DNA from: the human T2T-CHM13v2.0 reference genome, Homo sapiens
Assembly (NCBI RefSeq): GCF_009914755.1
Contig: NC_060948.1
Length of the DNA stretch: 64,000 bases
Strand: one strand, 5' to 3'
How positions within the stretch are numbered: position 1 is the stretch's first letter; every line of letters begins with the position of its first letter. Position numbers and translations under genes: made by a program. Shown here piece by piece: positions 42,419-56,533 of this stretch. The notes beneath the pieces are model-generated. The model was not told where the DNA came from. It worked only from the letters and a program-made list of their open reading frames with translations, and ran no database searches.

Positions 42419-45400
42419 ATGGAATCGAACCACAAGGAATGGACAGGAATAGAATGGTCTCGAATTGAATGGAATCGTATGGAATGGCATCAAACGGAAT
42501 GGAATGGACAGCCACGGAATGGAATGCACTCGAATGCAATGGAGTCGAAACTAATGGGCTGGAATAGAATGGACTCGACTGGTACGGACTCCAATGGAAT
42601 GGAATCGAATGGAAGGGAATCGAACGGAATGGACTCGAAGGGAAAAGACTGCAATGGAAAGGTCTCGAATGGAATGGAAATTAATGGAATGGAATGGAAT
42701 CGAATGAAATGGAGTCAAAAGGAATGGAATCGAATGGCAAGAAATCGAATGTAATGGAATCGCAAGGAATTGATGTGAACGGAACGGAATGGAATGGAAT
42801 CCAAAGAAATGGAATAGAATGGAATGGAATCGAATGGAAAGAACTCGAATGGAAATCACTCGAATAGAATGCAATTTAATAAAATAGGATGAAATGTAAT
42901 GGAATGGAATGGAAAGGAATCGAAACGAAAGGAATGGAGACAGATGGAATGGAATGGAACAGAGAGCAATGGTATAGAATGGAATGGAATCATCTGGAAT
43001 GGAATTGAATGGAATGGAATAATATGAAATGGAATGGAATGGAATGGAATGCCCTTGAATTAAATGGACTGGAATGGAATGGACTCGAACAGAGTGGAAT
43101 GGAATGTGTTGAGATAGAATGGAATGGACTCCTTTGGAATGGTCTAGTATGCAATGCAATCGACTGGCAGGGAATCAAAAGGAATGTAATCGAATGGATT
43201 GGACTGGAATGCAATGGACTCGAATAGATTGGAAACGGAATGCAAAGGAATGGAATGGAATAGTATGGAATGGAATGGAAAGGAATGGAGTGGAATAGAC
43301 TAGAGTGGAATGGAATGGACTCGAAAGCAATGGACTGGAATGGAACTTTCTTGAATGGACTGGAATCAAACGGAATGGAATGCAATGCAATCAAATGGCA
43401 TGGAATAAAATAGAATGAAAGAGAATCAAATGGAATTGAATCGAATGCAATCGAATGGATTGGAAAGGAATAGAATGGAATGGAATGGAATTGACTCAAA
43501 TGGAATGGACTAGAATGGAATGGATTCGAATGGAAGGCAAAGGAATGGAATCTATTGGAATGGACAGCAATGGAATGGAAAGGAAGGGATTGGAATGGAC
43601 TCGAATGGAATGGACTGCAATAGAAAGGATTCGAATGGAATGAAAAAGAATTGAATGGAATAGAACAGAATGGAATCAAATCGAATGAAATGGAATGGAA
43701 TAGAAAGGAATGGAATGAAATGGAATGGAAAGGATTCGAATGGAATGCAATCGAATGGAATGGAATCGAACGGAATGGAATAAAATGGAAGCAAACTGGC
43801 AAGAAATGGAATCGAAATGAATGGAGTGTTATGGAACGGACTCCAAAGGAATTGAATGTAATAGAATGGAGTGGAGTGGACTCGAATATAATGGACTGGA
43901 ATGGAATGAAATCACATGGAATGGGAACGAATGGAATGGAATGGAAAGGAATGGAATCGAATGGAAAGGAATCGAATGGAAGGGAATGAAATTGAATCAA
44001 CAGGAATGGAAGGGAATAGAATAGACGGTAATGGAATGGACTCGAATAGAATGGACACGAATGCTCAAATTGAATGGACTCGAATGGAATGGAAACGAAA
44101 GGAATGTCATCGAATGGAATTGAATCGATTGGAATGAAATGGCATAGAATGGAGTGGAATCAAATGGAATTGAATCGAAAGGAAAGGAAGCGAATGGACT
44201 GAAATGAAATGGAATGGAATTGAATGGAAAGTAAAGCAATGGAATAGAATGGAACGAAATTTCACGGAATGGAATCAAACTGAATGGAATCAAATCAATG
44301 GAATATAATCAAATGGAATGGAAAGGAATTGAATGGAGTAGATGGGATTGGATGGGATTGGAATGAAATGTACTGGAAAGGACTCGAATTTCATGAAACG
44401 GAATGGAATGAATTGGAACGGAATGGACTCGAATGGAATGGAATGTCATGGAATGGCATCAAATGGAATGGCATCAAATGGAATGGAATCGAATGCAATG
44501 GAATGCTATGGAATGGAATGGAATGCATTAGAATGGAATGTCCTCTAATGGAATGGATTCGAGTGGAATGGAATCGAATATAATGGAGTCGAATGAAATG
44601 GAATTGAAAGGAATGGGATCGAATACAATGGAATATACTGGAATGTAATGTAATGAACTCGAATGTAATTGACTGGAATGGAATGTACATGAATGGAATG
44701 TAATCGAATGGAAAGTAATCCAATGGAATAGAATCTAATGCAATAAAATCGACTCAGATAGAGTAGAATGTAATGGAATGGAGTGCAGTACAATGGAATG
44801 GAATGGAATGGAATGCAATGGAATGGAATGGAATGGGATGGAATGGTATGGAATGGATAGTAATGGACTGGAGTGAAATGGACTGGAAAGGAATGGACTC
44901 AAATTGAAAGGGCTCGAAAGGAATGGAGTCAAATGGAATGGTCTGGAATGGAATGAACACGAATGTAATGCAATCCAATAGAATGGAATCGAATGGCATG
45001 GAATATAAAGAAATGGAATCGAAGAGAATGGAAACAAACGGAATGGAATTGAATGGAATGGGAACGAATGGAGTGAAATTGTATGCAGTAGAAGAGAATA
45101 GAATGGAATGCAAGCGAAAGGAAAGGAATGGATTGGAATGGAATGGAATTCATTGGAATGGAAGGGAATGTAGTGTAATGGACAGGCCTGGAATAAAGTG
45201 GAATGCTACGGTCTCGAATGGAATAAAAATGTATGGAATGGAATGCAAAGAAACGGAATCGAATGTCATAGAATGTAATGGAATGCAAAAAAATGGACTC
45301 CAAAATCATTGACTGGAAAGGCTGGGTGTCGAAAGGAATTGACTCCAATGGAATGGAATCGAATGGAATGGAAGTGAATAGAATCGAACTAAATCGAATG

Positions 45401-45937
45401 GAATGGAATTGATAGGAACGGAATGGAAAGGAATGAAATGATTTAGCATGGAATGGAATCGAATGGCATCGAATGGAATGGAATGGAATGCAACGCAATG
45501 GAATGTATTAGAATGTAATGAACTTTAATGGAATGTACTCGAATGGATTCGACTGGAATGGAATGTTCTGGAAGTGAATGGACTCCAATGGAATGGATTG
45601 AAAAGGAATGGAATCGTACGGAATGGAATCTAATGGAATGGAATTAAATGGAAATGAATGAAATTGAATAGCACAGAATTGAATTGAATGGAATCGAATG
45701 CAATGGAATCTAATGAAACGGAAAGGAAAGGAATGGAATGGAATGGAATGGGCTGGAATGGAAAGGAATCGAAACGAATGGAATGGAATCGAACTGAAGA
45801 GACTGGAATGGAATGCACTGGAATGGAAGGGAGTGTAATGGAAGGTTCTCGAAATAAATGGAATCGAATGGAATGGAATTGAATGGAACGGAATAGAGTC
45901 GAATGGAATTGAATGGAATGGAATGGACTAGAGTGAA
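42419..45937 (+). repeat. DYZ1 unit U13, 3519 bp
   Basis: +15 and -15 but not the -1 indel. Confidence 0.93.
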
Positions 45938-48900
45938 ATGGAATCGAACCACAAGGAATGGACAGGAATAGAATGGTCTCGAATTGAATGGAATCGTATG
46001 GAATGGCATCAAACGGAATGGAATGGACAGCCACGGAATGGAATGCACTCGAATGCAATGGAGTCGAACCTAATGGACTGGAATAGAATGGACTCGACTG
46101 GTACGGACTCCAATGGAATGGAATCGAATGGAAGGGAATCGAACGGAATGGACTCGAAGGGAAAAGACTGCAATGGAAAGGTCTCGAATGGAATGGAAAT
46201 TAATGGAATGGAATGGAATCGAATGAAATGGAGTCAAAAGGAATGGAATCGAATGGCAAGAAATCGAATGTAATGGAATCGCAAGGAATTGATGTGAACG
46301 GAACGGAATGGAATGGAATCCAAAGAAATGGAATAGAATGGAATGGAATCGAATGGAAAGAACTCGAATGGAAATCACTCGAATAGAATGCAATTTAATA
46401 AAATAGGATGAAATGTAATTGAATGGAATGGAAAGGAATCGAAACGAAAGGAATGGAGACAGATGGAATGGAATGGAACAGAGAGCAATGGTATAGAATG
46501 GAATGGAATCATCTGGAATGGAATTGAATGGAATGGAATAATATGAAATGGAATGGAATGGAATGGAATGCCCTTGAATTAAATGGACTGGAATGGAATG
46601 GACTCGAACAGAGTGGAATGGAAAGTGTTGAGATAGAATGGAATGGACTGCTTTGGAATGGTCTAGTATGCAATGCAATCGACTGGCAGGGAATCAAAAG
46701 GAATGTAATCGAATGGATTGGACTGGAATGCAATGGACTCGAATAGATTGGAAACGGAATGCAAAGGAATGGAATGGAATAGTATGGAATGGAATGGAAA
46801 GGAATGGAGTGGAATAGACTAGAGTGGAATGGAATGGACTCGAAAGGAATGGACTGGAATGGAACTTTCTTGAATGGACTGGAATCAAACGGAATGGAAT
46901 GCAATGCAATCAAATGGCATGGAATAAAATAGAATGAAAGAGAATCAAATGGAATTGAATTGAATGCAATCGAATGGATTGGAAAGGAATAGAATGGAAT
47001 GGAATGGAATTGACTCAAATGGAATGGACTAGAATGGAATGGATTCGAATGGAAGGCAAAGGAATGGAATCTATTGGAATGGACAGCAATGGAATGGAAA
47101 GGAAGGGATTGGAATGGACTCGAATGGAATGGACTGCAATAGAAAGGATTCGAATGGAATGAAAAAGAATTGAATGGAATAGAACAGAATGGAATCAAAT
47201 CGAATGAAATGGAATGGAATAGAAAGGAATGGAATGAAATGGAATGGAAAGGATTCGAATGGAATGCAATCGAATGGAATGGAATCGAACGGAATGGAAT
47301 AAAATGGAAGAAAACTGGCAAGAAATGGAATCGAAATGAATGGAGTGTTATGGAACGGACTCCAAAGGAATTGAATGTAATAGAATGGAGTGGAGTGGAC
47401 TCGAATATAATGGACTGGAATGGAATGAAATCACATGGAATGGGAACGAATGGAATGGAATGGAAAGGAATGGAATCGAATGGAAAGGAATCGAATGGAA
47501 GGGAATGAAATTGAATCAACAGGAATGGAAGGGAATAGAATAGACGGTAATGGAATGGACTCGAATAGAATGGACACGAATGCTCAAATTGAATGGACTC
47601 GAATGGAATGGAAACGAAAGGAATGTCATCGAATGGAATTGAATCGATTGGAATGAAATCGCATAGAATGGAGTGGAATCAAATGGAATTGAATCGAAAG
47701 GAAAGGAAGCGAATGGACTGAAATGAAATGGAATGGAATTGAATGGAAAGTAAAGCAATGGAATAGAATGGAACGAAATTTCACGGAATGGAATCAAACT
47801 GAATGGAATCAAATCAATGGAATATAATCAAATGGAATGGAAAGGAATTGAATGGAGTAGATGGGATTGGATGGGATTGGAATGAAATGTACTGGAAAGG
47901 ACTCGAATTTCATGAAACGGAATGGAATGAATTGGAACGGAATGGACTCGAATGGAATGGAATGTCATGGAATGGCATCAAATGGAATGGCATCAAATGG
48001 AATGGAATCGAGTGCAATGGAATACTATGGAATGGAATGGAATGCATTGGAATGGAATGTCCTCTAATGGAATGGATTCGAGTGGAATGGAATCGAATAT
48101 AATGGAGTCGAATGAAATGAAATTGAAAGGAATGGGATCGAATACAATGGAATATACTGGAATGTAATGTAATGAACTCGAATGTAATTGACTGGAATGG
48201 AATGTACATGAATGGAATGTAATCGAATGGAAAGTAATCCAATGGAATAGAATCTAATGCAATAAAATCGACTCAGATAGAGTAGAATGTAATGGAATGG
48301 AGTGCAGTGCAATGGAATGGAATGGAATGGAATGCAATGGAATGGAATGGAATGGGATGGAATGGTATGGAATGGATAGTAATGGACTGGAGGGAAATGG
48401 ACTGGAAAGGAATGGACTCAAATTGAAAGGGCTCGAAAGGAATGGAGTCAAATGGAATGGTCTGGAATGGAATGAACACGAATGTAATGCAATCCAATAG
48501 AATGGAATCGAATGGCATGGAATATAAAGAAATGGAATCGAAGAGAATGGAAACAAACGGAATGGAATTGAATGGAATGGGAACGAATGGAGTGAAATTG
48601 TATGCAGTAGAAGAGAATAGAATGGAATGCAAGCGAAAGGAAAGGAATGGATTGGAATGGAATGGAATTCATTGGAATGGAAGGGAATGTAGTGTAATGG
48701 ACAGGCCTGGAATAAAGTGGAATGCTACGGTCTCGAATGGAATAAAAATGTATGGAATGGAATGCAAAGAAACGGAATCGAATGTCATATAATGTAATGG
48801 AATGCAAAAAAATGGACTCCAAAATCATTGACTGGAAAGGCTGGGTGTCGAAAGAATTGACTCCAATGGAATGGAATCGAATGGAATGGAAGTGAATAGA

Positions 48901-49455
48901 ATCGAACTAAATCGAATGGAATGGAATTGATAGGAACGGAATGGAAAGGAATGAAATGATTTGGCATGGAATGGAATCGAATGGCATCGAATGGAATGGA
49001 ATGGAATGCAATGCAATGGAATGTATTAGAATGTAATGAACTTTAATGGAATGTACTCGAATGGATTCGACTGGAATGGAATGTTCTGGAAGTGAATGGA
49101 CTCCAATGGAATGGATTGAAAAGGAATGGAATCGTACGGAATGGAATCTAATGGAATGGAATTAAATGGAAATGAATGAAATTGAATAGCACGGAATTGA
49201 ATTGAATGGAATCGAATGCAATGGAATCTAATGAAACGGAAAGGAAAGGAATGGAATGGAATGGAATGGGCTGGAATGGAAAGGAATCGAAACGAATGGA
49301 ATGGAATCGAACTGAAGAGACTGGAATGGAATGCACTGGAATGGAAGGGAGTGTAATGGAAGGTTCTCGAAAAAAATGGAATCGAATGGAATGGAATTGA
49401 ATGGAACGGAATAGAGTCGAATGGAATTGAATGGAATGGAATGGACTAGAGTGAA
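45938..49455 (+). repeat. DYZ1 unit U14, 3518 bp
   Basis: Same +15/-15/-1 indel set as U10 and U12. Confidence 0.93.
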
Positions 49456-52400
49456 ATGGAATCGAACCACAAGGAATGGACAGGAATAGAATGGTCTCGA
49501 ATTGAATGGAATCGTATGGAATGGCATCAAACGGAATGGAATGGACAGCCACGGAATGGAATGCACTCGAATGCAATGGAGTCGAAACTAATGGGCTGGA
49601 ATAGAATGGACTCGACTGGTACGGACTCCAATGGAATGGAATCGAATGGAAGGGAATCGAACGGAATGGACTCGAAGGGAAAAGACTGCAATGGAAAGGT
49701 CTCGAATGGAATGGAAATTAATGGAATGGAATGGAATCGAATGAAATGGAGTCAAAAGGAATGGAATCGAATGGCAAGAAATCGAATGTAATGGAATCGC
49801 AAGGAATTGATGTGAACGGAACGGAATGGAATGGAATCCAAAGAAATGGAATAGAATGGAATGGAATCGAATGGAAAGAACTCGAATGGAAATCACTCGA
49901 ATAGAATGCAATTTAATAAAATAGGATGAAATGTAATGGAATGGAATGGAAAGGAATCGAAACGAAAGGAATGGAGACAGATGGAATGGAATGGAACAGA
50001 GAGCAATGGTATAGAATGGAATTGAATCATCTGGAATGGAATTGAATGGAATGGAATAATATGAAATGGAATGGAATGGAATGGAATGCCCTTGAATTAA
50101 ATGGACTGGAATGGAATGGACTCGAACAGAGTGGAATGGAATGTGTTGAGATAGAATGGAATGGACTCCTTTGGAATGGTCTAGTATGCAATGCAATCGA
50201 CTGGCAGGGAATCAAAAGGAATGTAATCGAATGGATTGGACTGGAATGCAATGGACTCGAATAGATTGGAAACGGAATGCAAAGGAATGGAATGGAATAG
50301 TATGGAATGGAATGGAAAGGAATGGAGTGGAATAGACTAGAGTGGAATGGAATGGACTCGAAAGCAATGGACTGGAATGGAACTTTCTTGAATGGACTGG
50401 AATCAAACGGAATGGAATGCAATGCAATCAAATGGCATGGAATAAAATAGAATGAAAGAGAATCAAATGGAATTGAATCGAATGCAATCGAATGGATTGG
50501 AAAGGAATAGAATGGAATGGAATGGAATTGACTCAAATGGAATGGACTAGAATGGAATGGATTCGAATGGAAGGCAAAGGAATGGAATCTATTGGAATGG
50601 ACAGCAATGGAATGGAAAGGAAGGGATTGGAATGGACTCGAATGGAATGGACTGCAATAGAAAGGATTCGAATGGAATGAAAAAGAATTGAATGGAATAG
50701 AACAGAATGGAATCAAATCGAATGAAATGGAATGGAATAGAAAGGAATGGAATGAAATGGAATGGAAAGGATTCGAATGGAATGCAATCGAATGGAATGG
50801 AATCGAACGGAATGGAATAAAATGGAAGAAAACTGGCAAGAAATGGAATCGAAATGAATGGAGTGTTATGGAACGGACTCCAAAGGAATTGAATGTAATA
50901 GAATGGAGTGGAGTGGACTCGAATATAATGGACTGGAATGGAATGAAATCACATGGAATGGGAACGAATGGAATGGAATGGAAAGGAATGGAATCGAATG
51001 GAAAGGAATCGAATGGAAGGGAATGAAATTGAATCAACAGGAATGGAAGGGAATAGAATAGACGGTAATGGAATGGACTCGAATAGAATGGACACGAATG
51101 CTCAAATTGAATGGACTCGAATGGAATGGAAACGAAAGGAATGTCATCGAATGGAATTGAATCGATTGGAATGAAATGGCATAGAATGGAGTGGAATCAA
51201 ATGGAATTGAATCGAAAGGAAAGGAAGCGAATGGACTGAAATGAAATGGAATGGAATTGAATGGAAAGTAAAGCAATGGAATAGAATGGAACGAAATTTC
51301 ACGGAATGGAATCAAACTGAATGGAATCAAATCAATGGAATATAATCAAATGGAATGGAAAGGAATTGAATGGAGTAGATGGGATTGGATGGGATTGGAA
51401 TGAAATGTACTGGAAAGGACTCGAATTTCATGAAACGGAATGGAATGAATTGGAACGGAATGGACTCGAATGGAATGGAATGTCATGGAATGGCATCAAA
51501 TGGAATGGCATCAAATGGAATGGAATCGAATGCAATGGAATGCTATGGAATGGAATGGAATGCATTGGAATGGAATGTCCTCTAATGGAATGGATTCGAG
51601 TGGAATGGAATCGAATACAATGGAGTCGAATGAAATGGAATTGAAAGGAATGGGATCGAATACAATGGAATATACTGGAATGTAATGTAATGAACTCGAA
51701 TGTAATTGACTGGAATGGAATGTACATGAATGGAATGTAATCGAATGGAAAGTAATCCAATGGAATAGAATCTAATGCAATAAAATCGACTCAGATAGAG
51801 TAGAATGTAATGGAATGGAGTGCAGTGCAATGGAATGGAATGGAATGGAATGCAATGGAATGGAATGGAATGGGATGGAATGGTATGGAATGGATAGTAA
51901 TGGACTGGAGTGAAATGGACTGGAAAGGAATGGACTCAAATTGAAAGGGCTCGAAAGGAATGGAGTCAAATGGAATGGTCTGGAATGGAATGAAAACTAA
52001 TGTAATGCAATCCAATAGAATGGAATCGAATGGCATGGAATATAAAGAAATGGAATCGAAGAGAATGGAAACAAACGGAATGGAATTGAATGGAATGGAA
52101 TTGAATGGAATGGGAACGAATGGAGTGAAATTGTATGCAGTAGAAGAGAATAGAATGGAATGCAAGCGAAAGGAAAGGAATGGATTGGAATGGAATGGAA
52201 TTCATTTCAATGGAAGGGAATGTAGTGTAATGGACAGGCCTGGAATAAAGTGGAATGCTACGGTCTCGAATGGAATAAAAATGTATGGAATGGAATGCAA
52301 TGAAACGGAATCGAATGTCATAGAATGTAATGGAATGCAAAAAAATGGACTCCAAAATCATTGACTGGAAAGGCTGGGTGTCGAAAGGAATTGACTCCAA

Positions 52401-52989
52401 TGAAATGGAATCGAATTGAATGGAAGTGAATAGAATCGAACTAAATCGAATGGAATGGAATTGATAGGAACGGAATGGAAAGGAATGAAATGATGTGGCA
52501 TGGAATGGAATCGAATGGCATCGAATGGAATGGAATGGAATGCAATGCAATGGAATGTATTAGAATGTAATGAACTTTAATGGAATGTACTCGAATGGAT
52601 TCGACTGGAATGGAATGTTCTGGAAGTGAATGGACTCCAATGGAATGGATTGAAAAGGAATGGAATCGTACGGAATGGAATCTAATGGAATGGAATTAAA
52701 TGGAAATGAATGAAATTGAATAGCACGGAATTGAATTGAATGGAATCGAATGCAATGGAATCTAATGAAACGGAAAGGAAAGGAATGGAATGGAATGGAA
52801 TGGGCTGGAATGGAAAGGAATCGAAACGAATGGAATGGAATCGAACTGAAGAGACTGGAATGGAATGCACTGGAATGGAAGGGAGTGTAATGGAAGGTTC
52901 TCGAAAAAAATGGAATCGAATGGAATGGAATTGAATGGAACGGAATAGAGTCGAATGGAATTGAATGGAATGGAATGGACTAGAGTGAA
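49456..52989 (+). repeat. DYZ1 unit U15, 3534 bp
   Basis: +15 duplication only. Confidence 0.93.
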
Positions 52990-55900
52990 ATGGAATCGAA
53001 CCACAAGGAATGGACAGGAATAGAATGGTCTCGAATTGAATGGAATCGTATGGAATGGCATCAAACGGAATGGAATGGACAGCCACGGAATGGAATGCAC
53101 TCGAATGCAATGGAGTCGAACCTAATGGACTGGAATAGAATGGACTCGACTGGTACGGACTCCAATGGAATGGAATCGAATGGAAGGGAATCGAACGGAA
53201 TGGACTCGAAGGGAAAAGACTGCAATGGAAAGGTCTCGAATGGAATGGAAATTAATGGAATGGAATGGAATCGAATGAAATGGAGTCAAAAGGAATGGAA
53301 TCGAATGGCAAGAAATCGAATGTAATGGAATCGCAAGGAATTGATGTGAACGGAACGGAATGGAATGGAATCCAAAGAAATGGAATAGAATGGAATGGAA
53401 TCGAATGGAAAGAACTCGAATGGAAATCACTCGAATAGAATGCAATTTAATAAAATAGGATGAAATGTAATGGAATGGAATGGAAAGGAATCGAAACGAA
53501 AGGAATGGAGACAGATGGAATGGAATGGAACAGAGAGCAATGGTATAGAATGGAATGGAATCATCTGGAATGGAATTGAATGGAATGGAATAATATGAAA
53601 TGGAATGGAATGGAATGGAATGGAATGCCCTTGAATTAAATGGACTGGAATGGAATGGACTCGAACAGAGTGGAATGGAAAGTGTTGAGATAGAATGGAA
53701 TGGACTCCTTTGGAATGGTCTAGTATGCAATGCAATGGACTGGCAGGGAATCAAAAGGAATGTAATCGAATGGATTGGACTGGAATGCAATGGACTCGAA
53801 TAGATTGGAAACGGAATGCAAAGGAATGGAATGGAATAGTATGGAATGGAATGGAAAGGAATGGAGTGGAATAGACTAGAGTGGAATGGAATGGACTCGA
53901 AAGCAATGGACTGGAATGGAACTTTCTTGAATGGACTGGAATCAAACGGAATGGAATGCAATGCAATCAAATGGCATGGAATAAAATAGAATGAAAGAGA
54001 ATCAAATGGAATTGAATCGAATGGAATCGAATGGATTGGAAAGGAATAGAATGGAATGGAATGGAATTGACTCAAATGGAATGGACTAGAATGGAATGGA
54101 TTCGAATGGAAGGCAAAGGAATGGAATCTATTGGAATGGACAGCAATGGAATGGAAAGGAAGGGATTGGAATGGACTCGAATGGAATGGACTGCAATAGA
54201 AAGGATTCGAATGGAATGAAAAAGAATTGAATGGAATAGAACAGAATGGAATCAAATCGAATGAAATGGAATGGAATAGAAAGGAATGGAATGAAATGGA
54301 ATGGAAAGGATTCGAATGGAATGCAATCGAATGGAATGGAATCGAACGGAATGTAATAAAATGGAAGAAAACTGGCAAGAAATGGAATCGAAATGAATGG
54401 AGTGTTATGGAACGGACTCCAAAGGAATTGAATGTAATAGAATGGAGTGGAGTGGACTCGAATATAATGGACTGGAATGGAATGAAATCACATGGAATGG
54501 GAACGAATGGAATGGAATGGAAAGGAATGGAATCGAATGGAAAGGAATCGAATGGAAGGGAATGAAATTGAATCAACAGGAATGGAAGGGAATAGAATAG
54601 ACGGTAATGGAATGGACTCGAATAGAATGGACACGAATGCTCAAATTGAATGGACTCGAATGGAATGGAAACGAAAGGAATGTCATCGAATGGAATTGAA
54701 TCGATTGGAATGAAATCGCATAGAATGGAGTGGAATCAAATGGAATTGAATCGAAAGGAAAGGAAGCGAATGGACTGAAATGAAATGGAATGGAATTGAA
54801 TGGAAAGTAAAGCAATGGAATAGAATGGAACGAAATTTCACGGAATGGAATCAAACTGAATGGAATCAAATCAATGGAATATAATCAAATGGAATGGAAA
54901 GGAATTGAATGGAGTAGATGGGATTGGATGGGATTGGAATGAAATGTACTGGAAAGGACTCGAATTTCATGAAACGGAATGGAATGAATTGGAACGGAAT
55001 GGACTCGAATGGAATGGAATGTCATGGAATGGCATCAAATGGAATGGCATCAAATGGAATGGAATCGAATGCAATGGAATGCTATGGAATGGAATGGAAT
55101 GCATTGGAATGGAATGTCCTCTAATGGAATGGATTCGAGTGGAATGGAATCGAATATAATGGAGTCGAATGAAATGGAATTGAAAGGAATGGGATCGAAT
55201 ACAATGGAATATACTGGAATGTAATGTAATGATCTCGAATGTAATTGACTGGAATGGAATGTACATGAATGGAATGTAATCGAATGGAAAGTAATCCAAT
55301 GGAATAGAATCTAATGCAATAAAATCGACTCAGATAGAGTAGAATGTAATGGAATGGAGTGCAGTGCAATGGAATGGAATGGAATGGAATGGAATGCAAT
55401 GGAATGGAATGGAATGGGATGGAATGGTATGGAATGGATAGTAATGGACTGGAGTGAAATGGACTGGAAAGGAATGGACTCAAATTGAAAGGGCTCGAAA
55501 GGAATGGAGTCAAATGGAATGGTCTGGAATGGAATGAACACGAATGTAATGCAATCCAATAGAATGGAATCGAATGGCATGGAATATAAAGAAATGGAAT
55601 CGAAGAGAATGGAAACAAACGGAATGGAATTGAATGGAATGGAATTGAATGGAATGGGAACGAATGGAGTGAAATTGTATGCAGTAGAAGAGAATAGAAT
55701 GGAATGCAAGCGAAAGGAAAGGAATGGATTGGAATGGAATGGAATTCATTGCAATGGAAGGGAATGTAGTGTAATGGACACGCCTGGAATAAAGTGGAAT
55801 GCTACGGTCTCGAATGGAATAAAAATGTATGGAATGGAATGCAATGAAACGGAATCGAATGTCATAGAATGTAATGGAATGCAAAAAAATGGACTCCAAA

Positions 55901-56533
55901 ATCATTGACTGGAAAGGCTGGGTGTCGAAAGGAATTGACTCCAATGGAATGGAATCGAATGGAATGGAAGTGAATAGAATCGAACTAAATCGAATGGAAT
56001 GGAATTGATAGGAACGGAATGGAAAGGAATGAAATGATTTGGCATGGAATGGAATCGAATGGCATCGAATGGAATGGAATGGAATGCAATGCAATGGAAT
56101 GTATTAGAATGTAATGAACTTTAATGGAATGTACTCGAATGGATTCGACTGGAATGGAATGTTCTGGAAGTGAATGGACTCCAATGGAATGGATTGAAAA
56201 GGAATGGAATCGTACGGAATGGAATCTAATGGAATGGAATTAAATGGAAATGAATGAAATTGAATAGCACGGAATTGAATTGAATGGAATCGAATGCAAT
56301 GGAATCTAATGAAACGGAAAGGAAAGGAATGGAATGGAATGGAATGGGCTGGAATGGAAAGGAATCGAAACGAATGGAATGGAATCGAACTGAAGAGACT
56401 GGAATGGAATGCACTGGAATGGAAGGGAGTGTAATGGAAGGTTCTCGAAAAAAATGGAATCGAATGGAATGGAATTGAATGGAACGGAATAGAGTCGAAT
56501 GGAATTGAATGGAATGGAATGGAGTAGAGTGAA
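52990..56533 (+). repeat. DYZ1 unit U16, 3544 bp
   Basis: +5 at about 53600-53625, +15, +5 at about 55375-55395. HaeIII site lost (55781). Confidence 0.93.

Noticed and set aside
53122-54576. 484-aa minus-strand ORF (and its twin at 60200-61654)
   Set aside because: Created by a single extra pentamer that fuses the usual 336-aa and 202-aa artefact frames. It marks dimer 3, not a gene.
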